Assembly (NCBI GenBank): GCA_965223295.1
Contig: CBDCWC010000002.1
Coordinates: forward strand, 256,001 to 320,000
DNA: 64,000 nucleotides
Reading direction: 5' to 3'
Origin: Nitrospirales bacterium
GTDB taxonomy: Bacteria > Nitrospirota > Nitrospiria > Nitrospirales > UBA8639
Shown piece after piece: positions 43,195-53,976 of this stretch. The notes under the pieces were generated by a model, which ran no database searches, was not told the DNA's origin, and saw only the letters and a program-made list of their open reading frames with translations. The position numbers were made by a program, and so were the translations under genes. Each line of letters starts with the position of its first letter. Position 1 is the stretch's first letter.

Positions 43195-46100
43195 ATGTAT
43201 CAGGGCAATCGGACGTTATTGACTATTTCCGCGTTCTTGGCACTGTTTGGGGGAGCAACCTTCGAGGGAACTTCGTCCATAGCAAGCGCTGAGGATGCTC
43301 CGACTGAGCATGTTCATTCTGTTGGGATGACATCACAATCGCCTGGCTGGGCTGAAAAGCTGAAGGGGCAAACGATTATCGAAAATTCCATGGAGGGGCG
43401 TGCCGAGCGTGCGGCTTTAGTGGAACAACAACATCAACGGATGATGCAGCAAATGCAGAAAGACATGGACCACAACGGCGACAATACCGGCGCCTTTAAT
43501 TCCATGTCGATGATTCATCAATATGGTGGTGGCCCAGGAAATGGTTTACTGGCCACGAATTCAGGTGCTGAACCGGTGTCCGGGAAAGGCGGGTTATGTC
43601 CGAAGACCGCTCCCGTTCGTGACTACGACATTTCAGCGATCAATGCAGAAATTACCTTAAATCAATGGCTGGACTACTATCCTGGCTACATGTACACCTT
43701 GACCGAAAATGTTGAGAAGGTGCGTGAAGAAGAAGCCAAGAATGCCGCGGCTCGTGAAGCGGAAGGCCATCATGATCCAGGTGGTGTGAAAAATGGCATC
43801 CAAGATCAATGGATTCAACCATTGGTGATTCGAGGCAACCAAGGAGATTGTGTCAAGATTACGCTTCGTAACCAATTAGAGTTCGGTGAAGAAGTCAGCT
43901 TGCACATTAATGGCTCGGATATGGTGATGAGTGAAACGGGAAAGCCAGCTCTCACCACCAATGCTGATTCTGTTGCTGAAGAAGGTGAAGCCATCAATAT
44001 GGAGTGGTACATTCATCCTGAAACCCAAGAGGGTGGCCGCCAGTTTCATACCTTCAGCAATGATCGAGAACTCACCGTCATGGGCTTGTTTGGCGTGTTT
44101 GTTGTTGAACCTCGAAACTCCGAATATTATGAGCCGTTAGGGACCGGCCCAGCAACGAAAGCCAGCAGTGGTTGGCAAGTCATGATTGATAATGGGGACG
44201 GTCCAGACTTTCGGGAATTCGTGCTGATCTATCATGAGGTGGGTGATGAGGCATTTCGTCCCGTCAATAAGCATGGGGATTTCTTGCCGCAACGTGATCC
44301 ATTAACGGATGCCTATCGACCAGGCGCGCGCGCGCTCAATTATCGTAGTGAGCCGTTCGGCATCAACAATATGCATGTGCAGCATGAATATTTTGGATTC
44401 GAAGATGAATCCATGGCGTATAGTTCCTATACGTTTGGTGATGCGGCTCCGACTATTCCCAGAAGTTATCTAGGGGATCCCGCCAAATTCCGCATTGTGC
44501 ATGGCGGATCGGAAGTCTTTCATTCACATCATCCACATGGTGGTTCGATTCGTTGGCAACGCAGTCCACGAGCTACGCAAATGCCTGTGTGGAATACGGG
44601 CCAAAGTGGTCCGGTTAAATACCCTGTCGTCCGTACGAAGTCGGATCGGGTTGACGTAGAAGTGATTGGGCCGGCTGAGGCCTTAGATTTGGAAACCGAA
44701 TGTGGGTCGGGTCTATGCCAATGGTTAGCGGGAGACTTTCTTTTCCATTGTCATGTGGCGCATCACTATGTAGCTGGAATGTGGGGGTATTGGCGGGTGT
44801 ATAACACCATGCAAATTCCTGGCATGCAAAACGATGTGATGGCGCCGATGCGTGAATTGCCTGATCGTATTGGTCGGATTCACAAACCAGTTTCATCGGA
44901 TCAATTAGTGGGTCAAACGGTGAATTGGTTTGGCAAGCAATTTAAGATTACTGGAGGTGGGAAGAGTAACTGGAAATCCAATCCTGCAGTGGTGAATATC
45001 AAAGATTGGGTAGAAATGCAGTTGTCCAATCAAGGCAAGCCCGGTAACGTTGATGATGAAAAAGGACAGCTTGTGGCCTATGATGCCACGGTCATGGATT
45101 GGATCTGGGACGGCAATAAGGCCATGAGTGAGAAGGAAGCCACATTGGGTGAAAATCCCAAATACCAACCAGAATGGCAGGGGTATAAGCCTGGCGAACG
45201 ACACCCCATTATGTTTGAACCAACCACGGGGAAAGTGGCCTGGCCATGGTTGACCCCGCATTTTGGCAAACGCGTGCCGTTTTCCAATGATCATAATGGT
45301 GCGCCATGGCTCGAAATGATTCGATTAAATGAGGATGGCACGCGGTCTGTGGAACCAGCGAAGCCTGGTGAGAACGGTCCATGGAGCTTGTGTCCCGATC
45401 GTGCAGGATCACAAGATTACAATGTGCATTTCATTAAGTTGCCGATTGAATTGTCAGCAGCCGAAGGAGATGAGCCGGCTATTGTCGATCCGAATGGGCT
45501 CCTCTACGTGGTGCATGAAGAAGAAGCTGATGTACGAGCCAACAATGATAAAAAATTCCCGTTAGTCGTGCGAGCCAATGTGTATGATTGTATTGATTGG
45601 ACATTAACCAGTGAATGGTTGGATGATGATATCACCAACTTCCAATCGTCCAAGATTAATACCCATTTCCATTTCTTTCAGTTTGATAATCAAGCCTCGG
45701 ATGGGGTGATTTCAGGGTTTTCGTATGAGCAATCCATGCGACCGTTCACGCAGTTTGATAAGCCGACGAAAAAAGGGTTGCCCATTCCAATGAATGCCAA
45801 AGTCACGAAGGCTGCGAAGAAAGGTGACAAAACCCTTCAGGTGACGAATGCCAAACAATATCATGTCGGCATTCCTATCTTGATTGGTGCTGATAATGTA
45901 AAAGGCCAAGAAGTTCAGCGTATTGTGAAAATTGATGGTAATACGTTGACGTTTGCGCATGCGTTAAGAAATGCGCATCCAGTTGATGATATCGTCACCG
46001 TTGAATATGTGCGGCAACGATTCTGGGTGGATGCAGACGTTGGCAGTGTGTTCTGGCATGACCATGCCTTTGGGGGGACGACCTGGCCACATGGGGCAGT

Positions 46101-48075
46101 TGGCACCATGATTGCCGAGCCGTTCAACTCCACCTGGCATGATCCTGTTACCGGAGAACGGATTCGAACGGGTCCCGTTGCCGATATTCATGCGGTGGAG
46201 CGGGTTGGCCATGATGTGGCTGGCAGCTTCCGCGAGTTGATGGTGCATATCATGGATACGGTACCGCATACGGTCAACGTCGTGACGGCCGGGAATCCTC
46301 CTGGGCAACCGATTGACGTGGCCCTTGAAGCTGGTCGGACGGTGTCATTTATTATGCCGCCAAACGACAAGATTAAGATGACGCCGATGCCATTCCTCAA
46401 TGGAGGCACCCATACAACAGGTGGGGCGTTGAATTTCAGGGCCGAGCCGTTCGCACAACGATTGGCGAACAATCCTGATCCATCTAAAATTTTCAGCAGT
46501 AAGGCTCATGGTGATCCGAGTACGGCCATGATTCGGGCCTACTTAGGCGATGCCATTGTGTTCCGGCTGTTGGATGTGACTATGAATGAAAGCAATGTGT
46601 TCACGTTATCAGGCCACACGTTCTGGTCTGAACGCTATGCTGAAGAAGCCAATCGAAAACATTCCCTGCATATTGGAATTGCCGAACGCTATGATTTGGT
46701 GGTTCCAGAAGCTGGTGGTCCACGGCATCTCGCTGGGGACTATATGTTCTTTAATGGTCGCAGCTCCAAGTTTTCGGAAGGTGCCTGGGGTATCATTCGG
46801 GTCTTAGATAAACCGGTCAAGGATCTGCAGCCGTTGCCAAACAAGGCCTATGGCGCGGAGGGTATGCCAAAACCTCTGCCAGTGTGTCCAAAAGACGCTC
46901 CAGTAAAAACGTTTAATGTTGTCGCAATGGATCATCCAGGGATGAGCTTTAATTCCAATGCCGAAGAATCCATTGAAGTTGACTTTGAACGGAAAATTGA
47001 ATTGCGGAATCCCGAGGCTAAGATCTATGTCCTCGAGGATGAAGTGAAAAAAGTATCCGGTGATGCGCAACCCATGCCGTTAACAATACGGGCCAACGTG
47101 GGTGATTGTCTGAAAGTCAAATTAACGAACAAGTTGAAAGAAGGTCGTGCATCGTTCTCGGCTTTTGGATTGGCCTTCGATCCAAAAGATTCCCAAGGTG
47201 TCAATCTTGGAAATAACGCAGGCGACCAAACCGTGGGACAGGGAGAATCCCGCACCTATACGTACTATGCGGATCCCTTTAATGGCGAAACGCAAACGTT
47301 GGTGTGGGATTGGGGCAATGTGTCTACGAATCCTCGGAATGGATTGTTCGGAGGGATCATTATTGGGCCCGAAGGCTCCACCTATCGTGATCCTAAAACT
47401 GGTGAAGATGTGTCCCTGAAAAATAGCTGGAATGCTGATGTGATTGTTGATCGCACCATTCAAGGGAATGAGGGTCGGGTCAACTATCGGGATGTCGCCT
47501 TGTACTTCCAGGACGAAGACAACATCATTGGAACCAGCTTCATGCCCTACGTGCAAAATGTGGCAGGGTTAACCGGGGTGAACTACCGAGCCGAACCCTA
47601 CTTGCACCGGGAAGAAACGGGGTGTTCGTTGGGTCGGATGTTCCAACCGTGTGAGGTGGATAATCCGCAGGATCCCGTCACCCCAACCATTGAAGCGCAT
47701 GCCGGTGACAAAGTGCGGATTCATGTCTTTGGGGCCAGCAGTGAGCAAAATGGGATGTTCACCATTGAAAAACATGAATGGCCAATTGAGCCTTTCTTAC
47801 CCGGTGCGGACATGATTAGCACCGTGGAGTTCTCGGGTTCAGAAGGTCTGGATGTGTTTCTCCCTTCAGCTGGCGGCAAATGGTCGTTGGCCGGAGATTA
47901 TGTGTGGAGTAATGGTCGGTTACCCTATTCTCAATCGGGACAATGGGGGTATCTCCGAGTATTGCCAAGCGCGGATCAACGCATTCTTCCATTGGAAGGA
48001 TCAACATCTTCCAATAAACAGGCGAAACATGATGATCTGGGTGTCCCTAAGATCATTCCTACCGTTGCGAAGTAA
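43195..48075 (+). CDS. Giant secreted multicopper oxidase-like protein (MnxG-like architecture), paralog 1
   Basis: Signal peptide; Met/His-rich N-region; HSHHPHG, HCHVAHHYVAGM, THFHF and WHDH copper motifs; 1626 aa; AGGAGG RBS. Confidence 0.9.
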   Translation: MYQGNRTLLTISAFLALFGGATFEGTSSIASAEDAPTEHVHSVGMTSQSPGWAEKLKGQTIIENSMEGRAERAALVEQQHQRMMQQMQKDMDHNGDNTGAFNSMSMIHQYGGGPGNGLLATNSGAEPVSGKGGLCPKTAPVRDYDISAINAEITLNQWLDYYPGYMYTLTENVEKVREEEAKNAAAREAEGHHDPGGVKNGIQDQWIQPLVIRGNQGDCVKITLRNQLEFGEEVSLHINGSDMVMSETGKPALTTNADSVAEEGEAINMEWYIHPETQEGGRQFHTFSNDRELTVMGLFGVFVVEPRNSEYYEPLGTGPATKASSGWQVMIDNGDGPDFREFVLIYHEVGDEAFRPVNKHGDFLPQRDPLTDAYRPGARALNYRSEPFGINNMHVQHEYFGFEDESMAYSSYTFGDAAPTIPRSYLGDPAKFRIVHGGSEVFHSHHPHGGSIRWQRSPRATQMPVWNTGQSGPVKYPVVRTKSDRVDVEVIGPAEALDLETECGSGLCQWLAGDFLFHCHVAHHYVAGMWGYWRVYNTMQIPGMQNDVMAPMRELPDRIGRIHKPVSSDQLVGQTVNWFGKQFKITGGGKSNWKSNPAVVNIKDWVEMQLSNQGKPGNVDDEKGQLVAYDATVMDWIWDGNKAMSEKEATLGENPKYQPEWQGYKPGERHPIMFEPTTGKVAWPWLTPHFGKRVPFSNDHNGAPWLEMIRLNEDGTRSVEPAKPGENGPWSLCPDRAGSQDYNVHFIKLPIELSAAEGDEPAIVDPNGLLYVVHEEEADVRANNDKKFPLVVRANVYDCIDWTLTSEWLDDDITNFQSSKINTHFHFFQFDNQASDGVISGFSYEQSMRPFTQFDKPTKKGLPIPMNAKVTKAAKKGDKTLQVTNAKQYHVGIPILIGADNVKGQEVQRIVKIDGNTLTFAHALRNAHPVDDIVTVEYVRQRFWVDADVGSVFWHDHAFGGTTWPHGAVGTMIAEPFNSTWHDPVTGERIRTGPVADIHAVERVGHDVAGSFRELMVHIMDTVPHTVNVVTAGNPPGQPIDVALEAGRTVSFIMPPNDKIKMTPMPFLNGGTHTTGGALNFRAEPFAQRLANNPDPSKIFSSKAHGDPSTAMIRAYLGDAIVFRLLDVTMNESNVFTLSGHTFWSERYAEEANRKHSLHIGIAERYDLVVPEAGGPRHLAGDYMFFNGRSSKFSEGAWGIIRVLDKPVKDLQPLPNKAYGAEGMPKPLPVCPKDAPVKTFNVVAMDHPGMSFNSNAEESIEVDFERKIELRNPEAKIYVLEDEVKKVSGDAQPMPLTIRANVGDCLKVKLTNKLKEGRASFSAFGLAFDPKDSQGVNLGNNAGDQTVGQGESRTYTYYADPFNGETQTLVWDWGNVSTNPRNGLFGGIIIGPEGSTYRDPKTGEDVSLKNSWNADVIVDRTIQGNEGRVNYRDVALYFQDEDNIIGTSFMPYVQNVAGLTGVNYRAEPYLHREETGCSLGRMFQPCEVDNPQDPVTPTIEAHAGDKVRIHVFGASSEQNGMFTIEKHEWPIEPFLPGADMISTVEFSGSEGLDVFLPSAGGKWSLAGDYVWSNGRLPYSQSGQWGYLRVLPSADQRILPLEGSTSSNKQAKHDDLGVPKIIPTVAK

Positions 48076-48101
48076 CCCGCAACGGGTAGATAGATGAGTG
48101 T

Positions 48102-48143
48102 AAGGCGGGGAAGTATAAAGGCTTCCCCGCCTTCTTTTTTTTT
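48102..48143 (+). terminator. Rho-independent terminator
   Basis: AAGGCGGGGAAG / CTTCCCCGCCTT stem followed by a T-tract. Confidence 0.88.
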
Positions 48144-48271
48144 GAGTAAAGCTGTCCCTCTTAAATGGGTTAAACGAAATTCTTCCTTTCTCATCCATTC
48201 CTCAAGCGTAAGACGACAAGGCTCGGTTAGTAGGTCTCCTTCAAGTTAGTCATTCCAAAAATTCCAAAACA

Positions 48272-48462
48272 GGGGCTGTTGAAAAAAGCCACCAGCGGCG
48301 TTCTCGCCCTTTTTCCGTGCTTACGTCGTGCCGGTACGTTCCGCGCGCAAACATGGCTGTGGCCTTGCTGGATGCACTTTTTTGAACCGCCCCGAAGCTG
48401 TTGGTATCCGACGTGATCATGAGCAAATTTGCCTCTCGTGTTTCATATTATTCAACAATCCC
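48272..48462 (-). mobile_element. MITE-like repeat family A, copy 9
   Basis: Reverse-oriented full copy; flanks AAACA and ATACA (4/5 match). Confidence 0.82.
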
Positions 48463-48467
48463 ATACA

Positions 48468-48511
48468 GGGTTTGTTTAAAAAAGCCGCTGGTGGCTTTTT
48501 TCAACAGCCCC
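48468..48511. repeat. 44-bp mini-derivative of family A (ends only, palindromic)
   Basis: GGGTTTGTTTAAAAAAGCCGCTGGTGGCTTTTTTCAACAGCCCC. Confidence 0.7.
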
Positions 48512-48757
48512 ATGTTAGGCCTATTAAAAGTCTTAAAAAGGCTATACCCAAATCTCCACACTTATATCAATTTTGTGTGCAAAGATTTAGACATATAACA
48601 TATTGAATAATTACATTTATCTCCTGCCAGGTAATCTAGCCGTCCAGAAACCGAGAAAAAAGGGCCTTATCTAGACATTCTTTTTATTCTGTCTAGTTTT
48701 CCTCAAATGTGCATGGATACTGCCTACTGCTGTTGTTTGCAATACATACGACAACTT

Positions 48758-48773
48758 TGGCATTCATGTTGCG
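48758..48773 (+). promoter_or_regulatory. Sigma54 promoter of second giant MCO
   Basis: TGGCATTCATGTTGCG (GG-N10-GC) about 225 nt upstream of ATG 48998. Confidence 0.75.
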
Positions 48774-48997
48774 TTTCTTTTTATTGCCGACATTGGGTGG
48801 GGTGTGATGGACCGGCCTCCGGAATGCCCAGCCTCCTGACCTAAAACGAGGATATCCAGTGTCGGCATTAATTTTTGAATGAGTAATTTTTCCAATTTAG
48901 GAAAAAATATAGAAACGCATGACACACAAAATAACAGTGGTTAGTTTGAGTTTTGATTTTTTATTCACCAAACGCCTTAAATAAAGGAGGCCGGATC

Positions 48998-51900
48998 ATG
49001 TATCACGGCAAGCGGGCTGTATTTACAGTTTCGGCATTTTTGGCACTGGTGGGAGGGGCGACCCTATGGGGGGCTCCATCCTTCGTGAGTGCTGAAGATG
49101 CAAGTTCTCAACATGTTCATCCCGTGGGGATGACATCTCAATCAGCAGAGTGGGCAGAAAAGCTCAAAGGGCAAACCGTCGTGGAAAACTCTGTCGAAGG
49201 ACGAGCGGAGCGGGCTGCCAAAGTTGAGCTTCAGCATCAACGTCTTATGGACCAAATGCAAAAAGAAATGGACCACAAGGGGGCAGATACCGGCACCTTT
49301 AATGGGATGTCCATGATGCATCAGTATGGTGGAGGAAAAGGGAATGGGTTGCTGATGTCTGATCCGGATGTTCAGCCTGTGTCAAATAAGGGTGGACGAT
49401 GTCCCGCAGGAGCGCCGGTCAAAGAGTATGATGTTTCCGCTATTAATGTGGAAATTACTCTGAATGCGTGGTTGGACTATTATCCGGGGTATATGTATGT
49501 CTTGACCGAAAATCTGGACAAGGTTCGTGCCGAAGAGGCAAAGAATGCTGCAGCTCGAGAGACGCCAGGTCACAGTGATCCCGGTGGAATTATTGCGGGG
49601 GTGCAGAATCAGTGGATTCAACCCTTGGTCATTCGTGGCAATCAAGGGGATTGTGTCAAAATTGCTTTGCGTAACCAGTTAGAATTTGGCGAAGAAGTCA
49701 GTCTGCACATTCACGGTTCGGATATGGTGATGAGCGATACGGGGAAACCTGCTCTTACGACCAACCCGGCTTCGGTAGCTGGAGAAGGCCAAACCGTTAA
49801 TATGGAATGGTACATTCATCCTGATACGCAAGAAGGTGGTCGCCAATTCCATACCAATGGGAGCAATGATCGTGAGCTCACGGTTATGGGCCTTGCTGGT
49901 GCATTCATCGTCGAACCTCGGGGTTCCAAGTATTGGGAGCCGTTGGGGACCGGTCCGGCCACAGTGGCCAAGAGTGGCTGGCAGGTGATGATCGAAAATG
50001 GGACGGGACCGGCCTTTCGAGAATTCGTCGTCATTTACCATGAGATCGGCGATGAAGCCTTCCGGCCTGTCAATAAGCATGGGGACTTCCTTCCACAGCG
50101 AGATCCGTTGACGGATGCCTATAGACCTGGCGCCCGGGCGCTAAATTACCGAAGCGAACCGTTTGGCATCAACAACATGCATATTCAACATGAGTACTTT
50201 GGGTTTGAAGACGAGTCCATGGCGTATAGCAGTTATACCTTTGCTGATGCCTCTCCGACGATTCCCCGGAGCTATTTAGGCGACCCAGCAAAGTTCCGTA
50301 TTATTCACGGTGGTTCAGAAGTGTTTCATTCCCATCATCCACATGGAGGATCGATACGCTGGCAGCGCAGCCCCAGGGCCACGCAAATGCCGGTTTGGAG
50401 TACCGGACAAAACGGACCACAAAAATATCCGGTCATCCGGACAAAATCTGATCGGGTTGATGTGGAACTCATCGGTCCAGCAGAAGCGTTGGATATGGAA
50501 ACCGAATGTGGTTCAGGTTTGTGCCAATGGTTGGCTGGAGACTTTTTATATCACTGCCATGTTGCACATCACTATGTGGCGGGCATGTGGGGATACTGGC
50601 GAGTGTACAACACCCTCCAAGTGCCTGGTTTCCAAAATGACGTGATGCCGCCAGTTCGTGAGCTTCCTGATCGAATTGGTCGGATTACCAAGCCAGTGAC
50701 TTCGGACAAATTGGTTGGGAAGACTGTCAATTGGTTTGGAGATCTCTTTAAGATTGTGGCTAGTGGGAAAAGCGACTGGAAGAGTGATCCACCGGTCGTC
50801 ACAATCAAAGATTGGGTAGAAATGCAGTTAGCGAACCAAGGAAAACCTGGAAACACGGATGATGAAAAAGGCCAGCTTGTCGCCTATGACGCCACCGTGA
50901 TGGATTGGGTGTGGGATGGTAATACAGCCATGAGTGAAAAAGAGGCCACTCTGGGGAAAAACCCTAAATACCAACCAGAATGGCAGGGGTATAAACCAGG
51001 AGAACGGCGACCTATTTGGTTTGAGCCAAAAACCGGAAAGGTTGCTTGGCCATGGCTGACTCCGCATTTTGGAAAACGGGTACCCTTCTCTAAGGATCAT
51101 AATGGAGCGCCATGGCTTGAACCCATCAAGCATGCTGAGGATGGAACGCCTAGCGTCTATCCTGCGCAGCCCGGAGAAAACGGACGGTGGAGTCTCTGTC
51201 CAGAGCGGGCTGGTCGTCAAGAATATAATGTTCACTTCATCGAAACCGAGATCACGTTAGCGGATGCTCAGGGGAGTGAACCGGCGATCGTAGATAAGCA
51301 TGGGTTGATCTATGTCGTTCATGAAGAGGAAGAGGCCGTGCGAGCCAATAACGACCTGAAGTATCCTCTGATTTTGCGAGCCAATATTTATGATTGCGTG
51401 GATTGGCTCCTCACAAGTGAATGGACGGACGATGATCTCACGAACTTCCAATCATCGAAAATTAATACCCATTTTCACTTCATTCAGTTTGATAACCAAG
51501 CCTCGGATGGTGTGATTTCGGGTTTTTCGTATGAACAGTCCATGCGACCGTTCCATCAGTTTAAGAAAGAAAAGAAAAAAGGATTGCCGGTCCCGATGAA
51601 CGCCAAGCTGACCAAGGCGGCCAAGGCCGGTGATAAGACTATCCATATTAGTAATGCCAAACAGTATCATGTTGGGATCCCCATCATGGTCGGCGTGGAT
51701 CAGGTAGGTAAATGGGAAATCGTTCGAATTGCTAAAATCGACGGGAAGACCCTGACCTTTACTCATCCGTTGAAACACGACCATGCCGTTGGTGAGATCG
51801 CGACAGTGGAATACGTCTGGCAGCGGTTCTGGGCTGATGCGGATGTCGGCACCACCTTCTGGCACGATCATGCTTTCGGTGGAACCACTTGGCCTCATGG

Positions 51901-53887
51901 GGCGGTGGGAACGATTATCATTGAGCCCTTCGGATCAACATGGCATAACGCAAAAACCGGGGAACGTATTCGCACCGGTCCAATTGCTGATATTCACAAT
52001 ACTGAGCGGATTGGTCATGATGTTGGCGGCAGCTTCCGTGAATATATGCTGCACATTCAAGATACGGTTCCGCATACGGTCAATGTCGTGACTGCCGGGA
52101 ATCCTCCTGGGCAGCCGGTAGAAGTAGCGTTGGAGGCTGGAAGAACGGTGGCCTTCATTATGCCTGCGACTGAATTGATCAAAATGACGCCTATGCCATT
52201 CCTCAATGGAGGAACGCACACGACAGGAGGGACGTTTAACTGGAGGGCTGAGCCGTTTGCCCAACGGTTGGCGAACAATCCGGATACCTCGCAACTCTTT
52301 AGCAGTGCGGCGCATGGTGATCCATTTACGCCGATGCTTCGTGCATATGTGGGAGATACGATGGTGCTTCGGATGTTGGATGTGACCATGAATGAAAGTA
52401 ATGTTATGACGCTCGCAGGGCATACGTTCTTGTCAGAGCGGTATGCTGAAGATGCCAATCGGAAAAACTCGTTGCATATTGGTATCGCAGAGCGGTATGA
52501 CTTGGTTCTGCCAGATGCCGGCGGACCACGGCGGCAATCTGGAGACTACATGCTCTTCAACGGAAGATTTTCAAAATTTTCTGAAGGGTCGTGGGGAATT
52601 ATTCGAGTGCTCGACAAGCCTGTTGACGATCTCCAACCCTTGCCAAATCAGGCAACGGGTAGTGAGGGGATTCCCGAGGCACTGCCTGTGTGCCCGGATG
52701 ATGCTCCAGTGAAAAAATTCAATGTGGTCGCCATTGACTATCCGCAAATGGACTTTAATCCGAATGTGCCCGAAGCCATTGAAGTGGACTTTGAGCGAAA
52801 GATTGAGGTCAAAAATCCTGACGCCAAGATTTATGTCTTGGAAGAAGATTTGACGCGGGTAGCCGGTGAGCAACCGATGCCGCTGACGCTGCGGGTTAAC
52901 GTGGGCGATTGTATGAAAGTGAAGCTCACGAATAAGATGAAGGAAAGTCGGGCATCGTTCTCTGCCATGGGTATGGCCTTTGATCCAAAGGATTCTTTGG
53001 GGGTGAACCTCGGAAACAATCCTGGAGATCAAACTGTGGCCCCAGGCGAGAGTCGGACCTACACCTACTATGCCGATCCCTTCAACGGGGAAATGCAAAT
53101 GGTGGTGTGGGATTTCGGAAATGTCGCGATGAACGTCAGAAATGGGTTGTTCGGAGGAGTGATCATTGGTCCGGAAGGGTCACAGTATCGAGATCCTAAA
53201 ACCGGAGCGGACATTTCTCTGAAAAATAGCTGGGTCGCTGACGTGATCGTGGACCGGACGATCCCGGGCCAAGAAAATCGCGCCAATTACCGTGATGCGG
53301 CCTTGTATTTCCAAGACGAGGACAACATCATGGGGACCGCCTTCATGCCCTATGTGCAGAATGTGGCAGGTCTCACGGGCGTGAACTATCGGACGGAACC
53401 TTATCCGTACCGAGAAGAAGCCGGATGTTCGTTGGGCCGGATGTTCCAGCCTTGTGAGGTAGATAATCCAAAAGATCCAGTCACGCCCACCATTATGGCC
53501 CATTCAGGTGATGCGGTCCGGATCCATGTCTTTGGCGCGGCGAGTGAACAGAATGGGATGTTCACCATTGAAGACCATGAATGGCCGATTGAGCCATTTA
53601 TGGAAGGCGCTGACATGATTAGCACGGTAGAATTTGCCAGTTCTGAAGGGTTAGATGTGTTCCTGTCCTCAGCTGGTGGTCGTAATGCCAATAGTGGTGA
53701 TTATGTTTGGTCCAATGGGCGGCTGAATTATGCCCAGTCAGGCCAATGGGGTTACTTCCGAGTATTGCCTCCAAATGATCAAAGGATTCAATCACTCCGA
53801 GGAACCGCATCGGCCGGAAGTAAATCAGCTGAATTGGATCAGGATCAAGCTGAGCCCATTAAGCCTACCCCCACGTCTTTTAAATAA
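48998..53887 (+). CDS. Giant secreted multicopper oxidase-like protein, paralog 2
   Basis: Colinear with 43195-48075; HIHG, HSHHPHG, HCHVAHHYVAGM, THFHF, WHDH; AGGAGG before ATG 48998 (1629 aa). Confidence 0.9.
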   Translation: MYHGKRAVFTVSAFLALVGGATLWGAPSFVSAEDASSQHVHPVGMTSQSAEWAEKLKGQTVVENSVEGRAERAAKVELQHQRLMDQMQKEMDHKGADTGTFNGMSMMHQYGGGKGNGLLMSDPDVQPVSNKGGRCPAGAPVKEYDVSAINVEITLNAWLDYYPGYMYVLTENLDKVRAEEAKNAAARETPGHSDPGGIIAGVQNQWIQPLVIRGNQGDCVKIALRNQLEFGEEVSLHIHGSDMVMSDTGKPALTTNPASVAGEGQTVNMEWYIHPDTQEGGRQFHTNGSNDRELTVMGLAGAFIVEPRGSKYWEPLGTGPATVAKSGWQVMIENGTGPAFREFVVIYHEIGDEAFRPVNKHGDFLPQRDPLTDAYRPGARALNYRSEPFGINNMHIQHEYFGFEDESMAYSSYTFADASPTIPRSYLGDPAKFRIIHGGSEVFHSHHPHGGSIRWQRSPRATQMPVWSTGQNGPQKYPVIRTKSDRVDVELIGPAEALDMETECGSGLCQWLAGDFLYHCHVAHHYVAGMWGYWRVYNTLQVPGFQNDVMPPVRELPDRIGRITKPVTSDKLVGKTVNWFGDLFKIVASGKSDWKSDPPVVTIKDWVEMQLANQGKPGNTDDEKGQLVAYDATVMDWVWDGNTAMSEKEATLGKNPKYQPEWQGYKPGERRPIWFEPKTGKVAWPWLTPHFGKRVPFSKDHNGAPWLEPIKHAEDGTPSVYPAQPGENGRWSLCPERAGRQEYNVHFIETEITLADAQGSEPAIVDKHGLIYVVHEEEEAVRANNDLKYPLILRANIYDCVDWLLTSEWTDDDLTNFQSSKINTHFHFIQFDNQASDGVISGFSYEQSMRPFHQFKKEKKKGLPVPMNAKLTKAAKAGDKTIHISNAKQYHVGIPIMVGVDQVGKWEIVRIAKIDGKTLTFTHPLKHDHAVGEIATVEYVWQRFWADADVGTTFWHDHAFGGTTWPHGAVGTIIIEPFGSTWHNAKTGERIRTGPIADIHNTERIGHDVGGSFREYMLHIQDTVPHTVNVVTAGNPPGQPVEVALEAGRTVAFIMPATELIKMTPMPFLNGGTHTTGGTFNWRAEPFAQRLANNPDTSQLFSSAAHGDPFTPMLRAYVGDTMVLRMLDVTMNESNVMTLAGHTFLSERYAEDANRKNSLHIGIAERYDLVLPDAGGPRRQSGDYMLFNGRFSKFSEGSWGIIRVLDKPVDDLQPLPNQATGSEGIPEALPVCPDDAPVKKFNVVAIDYPQMDFNPNVPEAIEVDFERKIEVKNPDAKIYVLEEDLTRVAGEQPMPLTLRVNVGDCMKVKLTNKMKESRASFSAMGMAFDPKDSLGVNLGNNPGDQTVAPGESRTYTYYADPFNGEMQMVVWDFGNVAMNVRNGLFGGVIIGPEGSQYRDPKTGADISLKNSWVADVIVDRTIPGQENRANYRDAALYFQDEDNIMGTAFMPYVQNVAGLTGVNYRTEPYPYREEAGCSLGRMFQPCEVDNPKDPVTPTIMAHSGDAVRIHVFGAASEQNGMFTIEDHEWPIEPFMEGADMISTVEFASSEGLDVFLSSAGGRNANSGDYVWSNGRLNYAQSGQWGYFRVLPPNDQRIQSLRGTASAGSKSAELDQDQAEPIKPTPTSFK

Positions 53888-53921
53888 CCGAAAGCGGTTA
53901 GAGAAACGCGGGGAGGTTCTG

Positions 53922-53958
53922 AACGGGGGAGTCCTCAATGGGCTCCCCCGTTTTTTTT
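53922..53958 (+). terminator. Rho-independent terminator
   Basis: AACGGGGGAG / CTCCCCCGTT stem plus T-tract. Confidence 0.88.
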
Positions 53959-53976
53959 GATGACGATGGAATAATT

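Noticed and set aside
43657-53810. Numerous antisense ORFs within the MCO genes and other long CDSs
   Set aside because: They are shadow ORFs with no recognisable motifs or RBS.
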